From assembly GCF_963506605.1 (NCBI RefSeq), contig NC_083282.1, positions 50,406,001 through 50,470,000 on the forward strand: a DNA stretch of 64,000 bases, given 5' to 3'. Below the pieces are notes generated by a model that saw only the letters and a program-made list of their open reading frames with translations, did not search any database and was not told the origin of the DNA. Shown here one piece after another: positions 1 through 12,515 of this stretch. This stretch comes from Zootoca vivipara. Lineage: Eukaryota. The translations under genes were made by a program, and so were the position numbers. Position 1 is the stretch's first letter. Each line of letters begins with the position of its first letter.

Positions 1-3000
1 TCCTAGTTTGTATGTAAGTCACTCTGGAAGCCTTTTCAGTTGACAAGCAGGGTTTCTCAAACTTGGGTCTCTAGGTGTTTTTGGACCACAACTCCCATCA
101 TCCCTAGCTATCAGGACCAGTGGTCAGAGATAAGAGACAAGATATCTTTATTGTCATTGTCCCCTTGCGGGAACAACGAAATTACAACGATGATGGGAAC
201 TGTAGTCCAAAAAGAGCTGAAGACCCAAGTTTGGGAACCCCTGCTGTAAATAAATAAAAACAAATAAGAGAATTGTAGGTCAATGGCTCCAGCTACCAGG
301 AATGTTTGGGGTAAGTCATACGCACTAAATGTGTGCTGAATGTGCTTTAAATGTATGGTGTGAATCAGTCACTAGGGCTATCAACTCTCCCTCCCCCTTT
401 CTTTGTTTGTTGTACTTATATTTCACACTTCCTCCAAGGAGCTCTGAGTGGCATGCATTTGTGGTTTTGTGCACCATTTTATTCTCACAATCCTGTAGGT
501 TAGGCTGAGAGATGGCGACTAGCCCAAGGTCACCCAAGCAAAAGCTTCTTGGCTGAGATGAGCCTGGGTCTTATCCACACCAACACAGGTACAGGGACCC
601 CAAATTGCATAAGTCCTAGCCAGCACGGCCAACAGTCACAGGTATTGGGAGGTGTCGTCCAACAACATCTGGAGGACCGCTGGCTTCCCATCCTCACTCC
701 AACCACTATTCCACCCCTCTGGCTCTTAATCAGGGGATCTGTGCTTTTAACAGCTGCACAGCAGGCAGAAATTCGGCACATGGAAATGCAATACCAAAAG
801 AAAACTGTGTTTTCTGAATTGCTGCTGGTTAAAGGCTTCCTTGTGGAAACTCCTAGCACTCAGTATTTCCACCGTTAAAATAAAATCTAACTCCAAAATA
901 AAGAAAAGCCTCCATGTGTTTGTTCTTTAACGAATACGTCGACTCAAGACGTCACTCCCTAAAACACTAGCCAGACCATAAAAAGCACTTACCATTCGCC
1001 AGCATCTACAGGGTTCTCACTCACTGCAAAGAGCAGGACACCTCCTCTTAAATGAGATGGTTCCTTTATTTTGCAGGCGGAAGTTAGCACCACCAAAGGA
1101 GGGAGAAGGTGGCTGATTTCACCAGCATAACGGAGACATTTGTCCTGTCACTTTCCTCCTTGCTCAACTCATCTTTCTGTTGTGGGCTCAGCAAGAATAG
1201 CATGCTACAGCCACTCATGTTATTTTAACGGTTTGTCCTACAGATCTCTGTGAAAGATATTGCCTTGAGACATTTAATGCAAAATAAAAATTTGCTGCAC
1301 AAAACACAGTTGGTTTTCACTTTTACTTGGGAGAGGCCATATTTCCAGGAATATAAAGTGTTTTGCTGTTGAATGAGAGACCAATAGTATTGCCTACATT
1401 GAGCCATTTCACAAATGTGGAACAAGCTCAAAGGTCAGCCTGTCGTAAAAATTGTTCATGGAACAATTTGCAAATAGAAATGTGATTGTGTTAGCAAGAT
1501 TATTGTGGCTACCTAGAATACAAACCAAGTGTGCAGCCACCGCAAAATTTGGTCTTTCATTTGTAGTGTTTGGAAGCAACCCAGTCTCTTTTGGATCTGT
1601 ACTGTATCATTCCAATTTGTAATTCAGGTCCAGTTCGGAACTGTTAAATCCAAAGCTCTGTTTTACTCCTTTTAAATATAAAAACTATAACCTTTTCCCC
1701 TTTTCACCTAAGTGAATGAAATTTTCAGGCAAAAGAGGCCTTCCAGAGTAAATTAAGACTGCCCAGAATGGAATGCAAATAGCAGCCATGGTGACCCTTT
1801 CTAAGGGGATACATTCTGCCAAATTTCAGAAAGATTGGTAGGGGAGAGCCACTGTACCTATTTGCACTCTTATTTCCCACAGCCTGCCAGGCAGGTGATT
1901 TCAAATGTGCGGTACTGGGAAAGAATATCTGAATCTATAAAACTGTATGGGCTTTTCTTTAAACTCGCCCCTTTCCTTACTCTCCACCTTCTGTTCTTTA
2001 AGGGTCCCATTTTTTCAGCCTGCTCCCTATTCAGAGCCTGCCCATCAAACACTTTTACCATTGTATCTGACTCTTGGTCTTTTACTTTCCTGTAAGCCCT
2101 AGCATCTGTTTTAACTTCCTTATCATTTTGCCCGTACTTTAAGTTCCTAGGCCTATGATGGCCTTCCCCACCCAAACTTTCCATTCCATGAACTTAATGT
2201 GTTTTTGCAAACATGGTTTTCAGTCTTTGAAATTAGAATGCCTGTGGATATTCTATAATGTACTGCAACAATTCAACCATTAGAGTGTAAATACTATTAC
2301 CATGATGTTTCAGCATGCAAGAATCCAAGGATGGAAAGAAGAGACTGACTGACAGCTGGCATAGTAATGCCACTAAGTTCTCCAGCTCCTATTTGATAGA
2401 CAATGCATGCTCCCCACTATGGTTTAACAGTCACGGCATGTATTTGGCAATCAAATTTGATCTCTACCACCTATGGCATCCTCTGCTGTGTTTCCTGATG
2501 GCGGTATGGCAGCCCTTTGCCCATGGTTTTGTCCCACACTACTGGTAGGAGGAATAGTGTCTTTCCATTTGTCTCTTATCTCCATTAAAAAAACTAACCA
2601 ATCCCCAAGAGTCCTCACCACCCAGAAAATTCAAGCTTGATCAATCCCACATGAAATTAAATCAGACAAAAGTGTTGCTCCATTATGATGCAGCTTTTAT
2701 TTTAAGGTCTATACTTAGTCAGTTCAGCAGCATTATATTCACAAACAAATGGATTAGTGCCGAGAGTCCTAGTATTACGCAATACCCTGAATTGTAGAAG
2801 TGCAGTGGTCCGAAGTGGCTAGGCCTTTCCATGGCAACTCTAAAAATGTCAGAAATCCACAGGCAAACATACTATCTTAAGGAAGTGCCTGAAGCTGTGC
2901 TTCTGGGTAAGATGGGTCTTCTTCCAACATCTTGCTCACAAGCCACAGTTGTTGTTTGTAACTAGTCTAATACAGTATGGCTGATAGTACTCCCAATTTC

Positions 3001-4807
3001 AGCTGCTACATTTCCCCCCTCTCTCCATTCCAGGCCTATAACAACAAACAACCCACTAGGCCAAGTGCTTGACATCTCCCCCCACCCAACTTTTTCTTGG
3101 AGGAAAAAAGATGAAGGTGCCGAACAAAGCACGAATATGCTCCTGCGTTGTCTGTCAAAGGCAAAATTGTACCCGTCAGTAATGTGCTGGCATTAATCCT
3201 TTCCCACGGCTGTAGGGACTTCCCCACCGCTCTTGCAAAGCAGATGCAGTTAATTGGGCACACCCTCCGTTTAACTAAAATGCGATCCTCAGGAGTTCCA
3301 AGTGTTCCAACCCAGCTCCAGCCTCTGGAATAAAGCAAGAGCTCCCGAAAAGCACACCGCGATGAAAGATTCAAGATTTCAGCAGCGGGTGCTATTCCAG
3401 CAGCACAGCGGTAAAGAACCCGTTGCAAAGGGATAGAACAAGAAAGGCAAAGTTAGATTTGACTTGGAACGTAGTGATGATTCACATGAAAGTCAGATTT
3501 GACATGCACATGGCAAAAGGCTACATTTCAGATTCCAGTGTTAAACACTGCACCCAATTTTAACAGGTGGTGCTTTTGGCAATAAGATGCCAGTAATGAC
3601 TGAAGTATCGGTCCCAAATTCAGACAGGAACAGCTGTGAGTTTAATTGTCTCACACCAAGTAGATGTGCTTAAGCTTTAAGCAATTTACTTTCCAATTTT
3701 AAAAGGGTAAAGGAAAGCTAGCCAAGAGCACAGGTAGCTGCAGAAAGCATGGAAAGCAACACAAGTTAAATCCTTTATCGTTATTTCATGCTAGAGAGAG
3801 ATGTCACAAGTGATCCATGTTTCCAGAGGAGATGGAAACTCCGCGGGCATGTCTTATCAAGCCTCGCTAGCACTCACTGGGAACTCAAATCCCACAATAT
3901 TCTCACCAATTAGTACCATACCAAAGGTTGTATGCTGTCGAAGGATGGATGAGTCGCTATGCTGGCAATATGTGCCTGCAGGCTGCATGGTAGAAGTAGA
4001 GTAATATTTCTGAGCTCAAACATCTGGTTCCCACTGGCTACATTTCCCCCCTAAGGCTAGTGTTATTTGCATGATTTGAGTCAACAGCATTATTCGATAG
4101 TTTAAGGAGGGGGAAAGGAAGTTACAGTGCTCACACACTATTCAGTATTGTCTGATAATGGAATCCTTCCTGCAACAGTAATGGTACTGATTTGTGATAC
4201 TACTGCCCACAATAGGAAGATCTTCATCTTTGTAAAAATGAATGGATTAGCTTTCTGGATTGGAAGTCTTTTTTTCTTCCCCCTCACCATATTCCTTTAA
4301 ACCTAGCAGGACAAAAAGCATCACACACACACACACACAGAGCAAGATCACAGACCTAGGAAAATACAACCCTTCAGACCTTGCACCTGCAAAGTGACTC
4401 ATACCTGAGACAGGTGTATGAAAGGTCTCAGCCACAAGCAGTACTTGCACTGATCCTTCCCTCTTGCCAGCATGCTTAAGCATCTCCCCCAGCAACTTAA
4501 GTCTATTTTAGGATAAGGCTTTACAATATATTCCATTGCACATAAAGCTCCAGTGCCATCATAAATAAGGAAAATAATTCTACATCCTTCTGAAGTGTTA
4601 CACTAGTCCGCTACATAGTTTTTTATGTAAAGTAAGAGCCTCAGAGCAGAAGTCATTACTCTAACTAGCTGCTCCTTCAAACAGTCAAGTCTGCTGCCTG
4701 CACTGAGTGTCGTGTCCAAGTTGGCCATTCCAGCTAATAGCGGTGAAGGCAGGTCAGCTCCTTTAGCCCAGAGACTGCGTGGATGCATTTTGCTTGCAGT
4801 GTAGTTA

Positions 4808-4857
4808 TCATGGGTCTGACTTGCAGGGGACAGTTCTCCGCTTGGAGCTGTAGAAGT
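4808..4857 (-). CDS. CDKN1A: CDKN1A (p21) last coding exon: (D)FYSSKRRTVPCKSDP*
   Basis: Minus-strand ...ttccag acceptor (plus ctg 4858-4860). A phase-1 join to the upstream exon completes the PCNA-binding PIP box KRKQTTIKDFYSSKRR (human KRRQTSMTDFYHSKRR). TGA at 4808-4810. Confidence 0.93.
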
Positions 4858-5101
4858 CTGGAAAAGAGCAAAAGGACAAATTGAACATGCCAGCCAAGGG
4901 AGTGTCAGTGTGAGTGCCTGGGAGATATCCATTCATGCCCAAGGGCAGTCTGCTCAGAGAATGCAAGGCAATCACCAGCCAAGATCCTGGAGTTCCCAAC
5001 ACAACCGTAACTGGTATTCAAGGGGGCTTACTTCAAGGTCCCACTTCACAACTTGACAGCCATATACATGAAGGAGTGCCTTGCCAGCCCATGGTTTAAG
5101 A

Positions 5102-5237
5102 CAGGCTTCCTCAACCTCGGCCCTCCAGATGTTTTTAGCCTGCAACTCCCATGATCCCTAGCTAGCAGGACCAGTGGTCAGGGATGATGGGAATTGTAGT
5201 CTCAAAACATCTGGAGGGCAGAGGTTGAGGAAGCCTG
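5102..5237. mobile_element. Non-autonomous hAT MITE in CDKN1A intron 2
   Basis: Long terminal inverted repeats CAGGCTTCCTCAACCT.../...AGGTTGAGGAAGCCTG. 8-bp TSD GTTTAAGA at 5094-5101 and 5238-5245. Confidence 0.88.
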
Positions 5238-5822
5238 GTTTAAGATTTGCAGGACAGACCGTGCTGGTGATCTTGTCAACAATGGTGCTTTGTTTGGTTG
5301 GTGCAACGCTCTCAATCATGGCAGCTTGGCTGTGGAATTCCCTCCTAGTAGATATTTCCATGTCCTGTTATTGGTTTTTCACTTGTCAGCTGAAGACCAT
5401 CAATATGACTACTGGTTGCATTCTGCTGGATTCTGTGCTACTGAAGTTTTAAGTGATTGTTACTAAATGTGACTATTTGGTTTAAACTTCTATAGCTATG
5501 TGTTCAATTTTATTTTAATTGTTCGACCGCATCCTGGGAACCTTCAGGATGGAGGGGTGATTTAAAATATAGTATTTTATTTTGTTAAGGCGCCGGGGGG
5601 GGTGGGATAAGAAGACTTCCTCTTAAACCGACAACAAGACAAGCAAAATTCCCAATATCAAATTCCAATTTTGAGCTCAGGTTCAGAATTCAACTGGTGA
5701 ATTTGAAACAAATGCAATTTCACAAAAGTGAAATCCACGTCCAGGGCAGCTATGGCCATTAATTCTACCCTCCTCTCTGCAAATGTAAACACAGAAGACA
5801 AACAAAACTGGCAGCTCCTTAC

Positions 5823-6228
5823 CTTTGATAGTTGTCTGCTTTCGCTTGGAAGACCTCGGGGAGCCAGACTTGCGAGCCTCAAAGTCCACTTGCATTGGCC
5901 TGTCTGTCTTTGTGTGCATCTTGAGAAGCACTGGGGAGCTCAAGCCCTTTTCACAAGCCTTTTCACAACTGTTTTCCTTTGTGGGGCTCAGCAGATCTTG
6001 AGAAGGCATCCTGTTTCGATGAGAGACCTTTTCCCATTTATAGTCCCCTTCAAGTGGGGTTTCCGATTCAAAGTCAAAGTTCCATTTCTGCCGAGCCTCC
6101 TCCAGCTGGGCCTTCATCAAAGACTGGAAGTCCTTTTGAAGCTGGTCGTGATCGACTGGTCCAAAGAGGTTTCTGCAGAGCTTCCTGCTGCAGGGAGACC
6201 GAAGGAGGTTGCTCTTAGACAGAGGCAT
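5823..6228 (-). CDS. CDKN1A: CDKN1A (p21) main coding exon (406 nt). Total CDS 456 nt = 151 aa
   Basis: ATG at 6228. Cip/Kip CDK-inhibitor domain CRNLFGPVDHDQLQKD...KWNFDFESETPLEGDYKWEKV. Acceptor AG 8 nt upstream of the ATG (exon starts 6236), GTAAG donor at 5822. Adjacent to SRSF3 as in other vertebrates. Confidence 0.95.
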
Positions 6229-7047
6229 GTTTCCAGCTAGGAGAAATACAAGCGACACGTTTTAAGGTTAAGTTACAACAGACCACCTTTAACAATTATA
6301 AATTAACAATAAAACTTATAAATCAATACAGTTGTTTCAGCAAGTAAAATAAATTGATCATTTTTTTTAAAGTACCATGGGCAAAGCTAATTTTACTAGG
6401 TCAAAAGCTTGGCAAAAATATCAGCATTGACAGCACAATGAAAGGCCTTCAAGGTGGAAGCAAGACGAGCCTCCAGGGGAGGAAATGCTGTAGCTTGGTT
6501 CCAATACAGAAGAGACCCTGTCCCAAATTACTGACCAACCACACCTCCTAATGGCAGCAAGACCAGCAGCAAGGCCTAATCAAAAGAACTCAACAGCATA
6601 ATGTTTACACATGTTAACTGTTAATTGTTATTCATTTTTAGTGTTCTGTTTCAGCAAGTATATGTCTCATTATGTACTGTTACTGTGTTACTATATTCTC
6701 CATAAACTGCTTCGAGCACAGATTTACTTGTGGAAAATGCAGTACATCTATAAATGGACACGGCAATTTTTATTGAAGTGAGAATTGAGTGGACTGAGTG
6801 AAGTGGTGCATACAAGGCGATTGCTGTGTGATTGTGTATGTGGTGGTCGAGTGCTTAGAATAATGCCTGTGTAGAGTGAATGTATAGGTGACTGTTATTG
6901 ATGGTATCAGTTGTCTTGAGGGACAATAAAGTGCACCTCCAGGGCTGAAGCCATGGCTGTATCATGCTTTTTTGGTAACAGTTATGAATTTTTAACTGTT
7001 AAATAGGTCACTTTACTTATGTACATTGTTTAGATATATATTTGGTT

Positions 7048-7398
7048 AAAGGTAAAGGGACCCCTGACCATTAAGTCCAGTCGTGACCGACTCTGGGGTT
7101 GCGGCGCTCATCTCGCATTATTTGCCGAGGGAGCCGGCATACAGCTTCCAGGTCATGTGGCCAGCATGACAAAGCCACTTCTGGTGAACCAGAGCAGCAC
7201 ACGGAAACGCCGTTTACCTTCCCGCTGTAGCGGTACCTATTTATCTACTTGCATTTTGACGTGCTTTTGAACTGCTAGGTTGGCAGGAGCTGGGACCGAG
7301 CAACGGGAGCTCACCCCGTTGCGGGGATTCGAACCGCCGACCTTCTGATCAGCAAGCCCTAGGCTCTGTGGTTTAACCCACAGTACCACCTGCGTCCC
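7048..7398 (-). mobile_element. Full-length Sauria SINE
   Basis: tRNA-like head with box B GGTTCGAATCC, ACCTTT tail, flanking direct repeat atatatttggtt. Confidence 0.85.
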
Positions 7399-8379
7399 TA
7401 TATATATTTGGTTACAAAACTCCAAATGAAGAATTATGATGGTGGTGGTGATTAGGAATATTGTTTAATTTTGAATAAGGAATTTGTATTGTATTTGATT
7501 CCTTTCTGTTGGGAGATTTCAGTTGACATTGTTGTTTAGTCGTGTCCGACTCTTCGTGACCTCATGGACTAGAGCACGTCAGGCACTCCTGTCTTCCAGT
7601 GCCTCCCGCAGTTTCGTCAGACTTACGCAGTTTGTTCAGACTCAGTTAACATTAAGAAGTAGCATATAAATTGACTATATAAACCAACAAGTTGGGCCCA
7701 ACGATTTAAACAGTCCTTACCTTTGAAAGAACTGAGCAACATAAAACTAGGGATGGAATCTGTAGGGAAATTCTCTGCCAGGAGATCATTCAGATGACGT
7801 TTGAAACTGCTAAGGATTCCTCTGAGTAACTGCCAACGTCACCAAGAAAGGTGCTCTTTGCACTGTACACACAAGCCTCATCATCCCCACCCTTTGAACA
7901 GCAGCCTTCAACCAAGAAGAACGCTACCCAATAGCTACATGTAATGGAGCTCCCTGGAGATTAAAAAGGGTTTGCAAGCCAAGATCCAGTTGGCTGTGTT
8001 CCATTTTTAGTACTCCCTTTCTCCCACATAATTATTTCCATGCAGTCATCCATCAGACAACTCTTGTTAAATTAGGAAAGCATTGCCACAGCAGTTATCA
8101 TTGGGCACATTGAACACACTCAAGGAGGCAGTCCCATGTTTTCCAGACACAGCCCTTTGCATATTGCATAGCACTTGCTGTTTTATGGTTGGCCTAATGT
8201 GAAGCAGAATCTTCCACATCAGATCTTTCCACTATTTATTGATCCCCTCCAGACAATTAGATGCAAGTGAACTGCGTTGCATAAAAGTGTCTGTTCTGTC
8301 AGTTTGTACCCACCCATTCCAAATGATAGTTTCTGTACAGAATCTTGATTGTGTTGGTCGTTAGTTATGTTTTTAAATA

Positions 8380-8617
8380 CAGTGGTACCTTGGTTTAGGA
8401 ACAGCATAGTTTATGAACTTGGATGAAAGAATGCTGCAAACCCAGAAGTAGGTGTTTTGGTTTGTGAACGTTGCCTTGGAAGCAGAACATGTTGTGTGTG
8501 TTCCATTTTTAAATTGAGTCCCCCACTGCTATGGGAAAGCACACCTTGGTTTAAGAACGCTTTGGTTTAAGAATGGATTTCTGGAATGGATTAAGTTTGT
8601 AAACCAAGGTAACACTG
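8380..8617. mobile_element. Tc1/mariner-type (Tigger-like) MITE
   Basis: TA-CAGTGGTACCTTGGTTT ... AAACCAAGGTAACACTG-TA inverted ends with TA TSD. Confidence 0.75.
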
Positions 8618-10079
8618 TACTGATATGAGACCTAATAAAGGAGCCTAGGAGCACCCTAAAGGAATGGCCCACATTTGACCAAATCTGGATGATTCAGAAG
8701 GACAGAGTCAGAACCCAATCTTTATATAGAAAATACACCCACAGTTGTGTTGGTACAGTCCTAGGATGTCCAAGTACCTATTTTAAAAAGCACATGGCAG
8801 CACAGCAAGACCTTGAGTCCAGTACAGTATATAGCAGTCCTCAACATGGCACCTGGGCACTACAGCACCTTCAAACCCAAGCCCCCCCCCACTCTAAAAT
8901 GTTTTTTTTAATTGAATGGGGTTGGGGAAGTTGCCTCCTTTTTTCTGTGCTTTATTTCGGGAGGGAGGGTGTAGATGTTTTGCCTGTTTGGGAGAGGTTT
9001 CTGAGCATTACCAGTTCTGTGAAATGGGTGCTTTTTGTTGCCAAGAATTGTTTTAGATCTCCAGCCTTGAAAAGTTGGGGAGCAAGCTGCACTGAATGCA
9101 GTGTGACTTTCATGTTAACGTGCATGAAAGATTGCACTGTTCATGTACTTTTAGCACTGAATGTGGCCAAACGCCACCTGCTGTGTGTATGCAGTGTAGA
9201 ACTAGCTACAATTTACAATAAAATGTTAAGTCACCAGCTGCTAATGGACTTGGGCATCACGGACTGTTCAGGATTCAACACACACACACACGATTTGTAC
9301 AGTTAAGTTTGGGTGCATGGCTTCATCAAATCTGATGCCTTTGGCCCACATAATCTTAGCATTTTGACTTTTGCCCTGCCCCCTTTCATCCATCCATATT
9401 GCAGACAAAGCTGATCTCAAGGCCAGCAAGAGAGAGAGAGTTTCCATCAATACAAGGTCCTCCCACACCATTGTTACACATTTTCTCTAGTGCTGAATGG
9501 CATTAGTGAGAGACAGAATGCAGCCAAATACTGTAATGACCCACCTTGACATCACACTGTAGATCAATTTAAGTGTCTTGTGTGAAGTGACCTCTAAGGC
9601 TTACTGCCCATACACACATTTGGGTTTATAAGGTTTGGGTTACCAAGATGCTTAAGTGGACTGTGTTTTGTAGAGAGTACATTTCCAGACCACCACCACC
9701 ACCACCTACACTGGCCAATGTGTTTGCAAGACTGCCTTTCCTCCAGTGTTCAGGCTTGGGAAGAGGCAAAGAGGTTAAAAATAGCAGCAGCCTTCATGCT
9801 CTCTTTATAAACAGCTATGCTGAATGACATCATTGAGAGGTTTAGGCATACCAGAACAAGTCCTGGCAGGTAGCGTGGCTGCCGAGGGCAGGCCTCAACT
9901 TGATATCTTGTCAAGTTGCCACTTCAGGCCACTGGAGCAGAGTGCTCACAAGGCACCTCTACGGTAGTTCCCTCAGCTGCTCACCCTGCAAAGGTTGGTG
10001 CCATGCAAGTTCTGAACTGCTTCTTCCTCTTGGTGAGAGAGAAGAGCCAAGGCAGCAGCCTTCAACGCATTGAGCTTTA

Positions 10080-10560
10080 AATCTTTATTTCATTTAATTA
10101 TTATAACATGGAATATATGCTAGGTATACAGAATATACACGGATAAAATTCCCGTTTTCCATTCTGTGTCTATCTCATTCTATTGTGACTTCCCTCCACC
10201 ACAGCTCGACATCCTTTGATATATATTGAACTAGTCATTGTGCTATATATATTGGTTACTTTGGCTCTCAAAACCATCTTACAATAGTTTTTTCACACCT
10301 TTACAAAGTTAGTGCATGCATATCAATAAATTTGTTTTGGAACGATGTTTTGTCATATATTCTTCTAAGCAATTCCATTCCTTCTTAAGTTGTTGATTCG
10401 ACTGAAGTCTAACGGCTGCTGTCATTTTTGCCAATTCTATGAATTCACATAGCTTGTTTAAACAATCCTCTATTGAGGGGACAGTGTCCCCTTTTCCAGT
10501 CTTAAAAACATTGGATTGCAGGCAGGCAAACAATTCACTCGCATCACGGGAAAGTGCTAC
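10080..10560 (-). mobile_element. Degenerate 3' fragment of an L1/Tx1-like LINE
   Basis: ORF2 C-terminus-like peptide (LCEFIELAKMT...KKEWNCLEEYM), followed on the minus strand by an AT-rich tail and AATAAA. Confidence 0.45.
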
Positions 10561-12485
10561 CACGTCTCTAATAAAAACCCCACAAAAGGTTCAAAGAGCA
10601 ACTTTTGCAGTGGGTTGTCAAATTGAATGCTATGCACACTGGTTCATGCACACATACATACATACATATAGAGTCAGCTACAGGCTAGAAATCAACTCAT
10701 ACAATCCAACGTTTTAAAATGCTTTTCTTGCAGCAACTGTACCCCAAGGTCCTGAAAGTCAGCCCTGGGTGTTAATTTTCAAATATCTTTCTTATTCACT
10801 TCTTACTTGAGATCACAGCTCTGTTGCCATTGCACAGGCTCTTCCTTAAGACAGCTGCAGGAACAAAGCATTTTGCTCGATTCTGCATTTGGGATGGAGG
10901 CTGCAGCTACAAAATCACTGCCTACCACACAGCTGCTGAAGGCCCATATTTAGCCCACCCAACTCAGTGTATCTACTTTCTGACAGCAGCTTTTCAGACA
11001 GCAGTCCTTCCCCGGCCGTAGGTGGAGGTGCCAGGAACAGAACCAGGGACCTTCTGCAGACAATACACACTCTCTTTCAGAGGGGCTTGCGCATAAGTCG
11101 GCCACCTTACTAAACACAGCGCATCATTATAGTATTTCCTATTTATCCTGCAAACATGCTTCGGTGGTTGCCGGTTAAGAGCCAGCCAATCACAATGTAG
11201 GTCACCACTGTTGTTGAAACAGTAGCTTAAAAACCCTGCGCGTAGTTCAGAGGAGCGTCTCTCGCAGTTGCAAAACAATCCCGACCGCTTGGTGGCCTGT
11301 CTCGCTGGCGATCAGCTGCTGCGCCTGCCGGGCACAGGGCGAGCTCAGGGAGCCCGGCTCCTTCGGCCCCCAAGGCTGGAGCAAAGCAAACAGGACTTGC
11401 TTATCGTAATAGGAGGAGCCCGGGAGGTGTGCGAGACGCTCGCGGCGCTCGCCCCGGGATTACGTCATCTGGCACCACAGCAGCTGCGTCACGTGCCGCG
11501 CTGTGGGGGAGGGAGGGAAGTTGCGAAATCGCGCTTGCCACACAGACCTAGTTCTGACTGCCACAGGCAGGGAAACAAACACGGCCCCGAGAAAACTTAC
11601 TACGGCCCCGCCTCGCCGCCCCCTCCAACAAGCATCCGGCGGATTGGGGGCCGGTTTCAAGGCGCTTCCTTCCACCCACCCAAAAAAAAAAAAGGAAAAA
11701 GGGGGGTGAGAACAGCAGCAGTTGGCAAAAGCTCATGGTTGGGGAGTTGGGCTCAAAAAGGCGAGGGGGGCGGAAATCCCACCCCAAGAAGCTGTTTGGG
11801 GGGGCGCCTTTTTAGGAGGGAAAATGTGGCTGGGAACACACAGCAGTTCGCAAAAGCGGGCTTCGGCTGCTCAAGCCCCGTAAACGAAAGAACTGCTCCT
11901 CCTTTTTTTTTAGGGGGGGTGGAGGAAGATGTGGGGGTTTTGTTGTTGTTCTTTTCCTCCTCCCCACCGAGGTCTCTTTCCAGCCGCTTCCTCCTCCTGC
12001 AGCGCAGCGTTGGGTTTGCGCGCGCCTCTTTCAAAGCGGCGTAATGGGGCTGAGTGACGCTCCTGTGAGCACAACAAGCACAAAAATAAAACTCGGCTTG
12101 GGAACAAGGAGTTCCCGGCCCGAGAGAACAGAACATCGCGGCGGGCTGGGCGGGGAGTCAAAAATCAGCTCGTGCGCGTCTTTCAAGTTCCACACAGGCG
12201 GGGCTTCTCCTCCCCCCCCCCTCGCCTCTTCCTGTCTTCAAGCTCCGGGAGCGAAGCGAAAACCCGCAGCCTCCTCTTTTTTTTACCCCTTGCTGCAGGA
12301 AAGGCAGTCCCGCCGGGCGGCTGCCTCGGAAGCGCCCCGGGAACACTCGAGGGCTTGGCCTGGCCCTCTTACATCAGCCCCGGCGGGGAGCGAGCGAGTG
12401 GCGGCCACTGAGTCACAGCCGCCGCCTGACTACCTCTCTTCCCCCCCCCCACCCCCCACCAAAGCCGAGCGGTAGTCGCCGCCTC

Positions 12486-12515
12486 CTGCAAGCCGGGACA
12501 TGCCCCGGCAGGCTC
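12486..12515. promoter_or_regulatory. Candidate intronic p53 response element (three tandem half-sites)
   Basis: CTGCAAGCCG GGACATGCCC CGGCAGGCTC. The central half-site is perfect and the flanking ones are degenerate. Confidence 0.5.

Noticed and set aside
5683-5822. C-terminal tail of the 191-aa track ORF (GKELPVLFVF...)
   Set aside because: Read-through into intron 2. Splicing at 5823 restores the PIP box.
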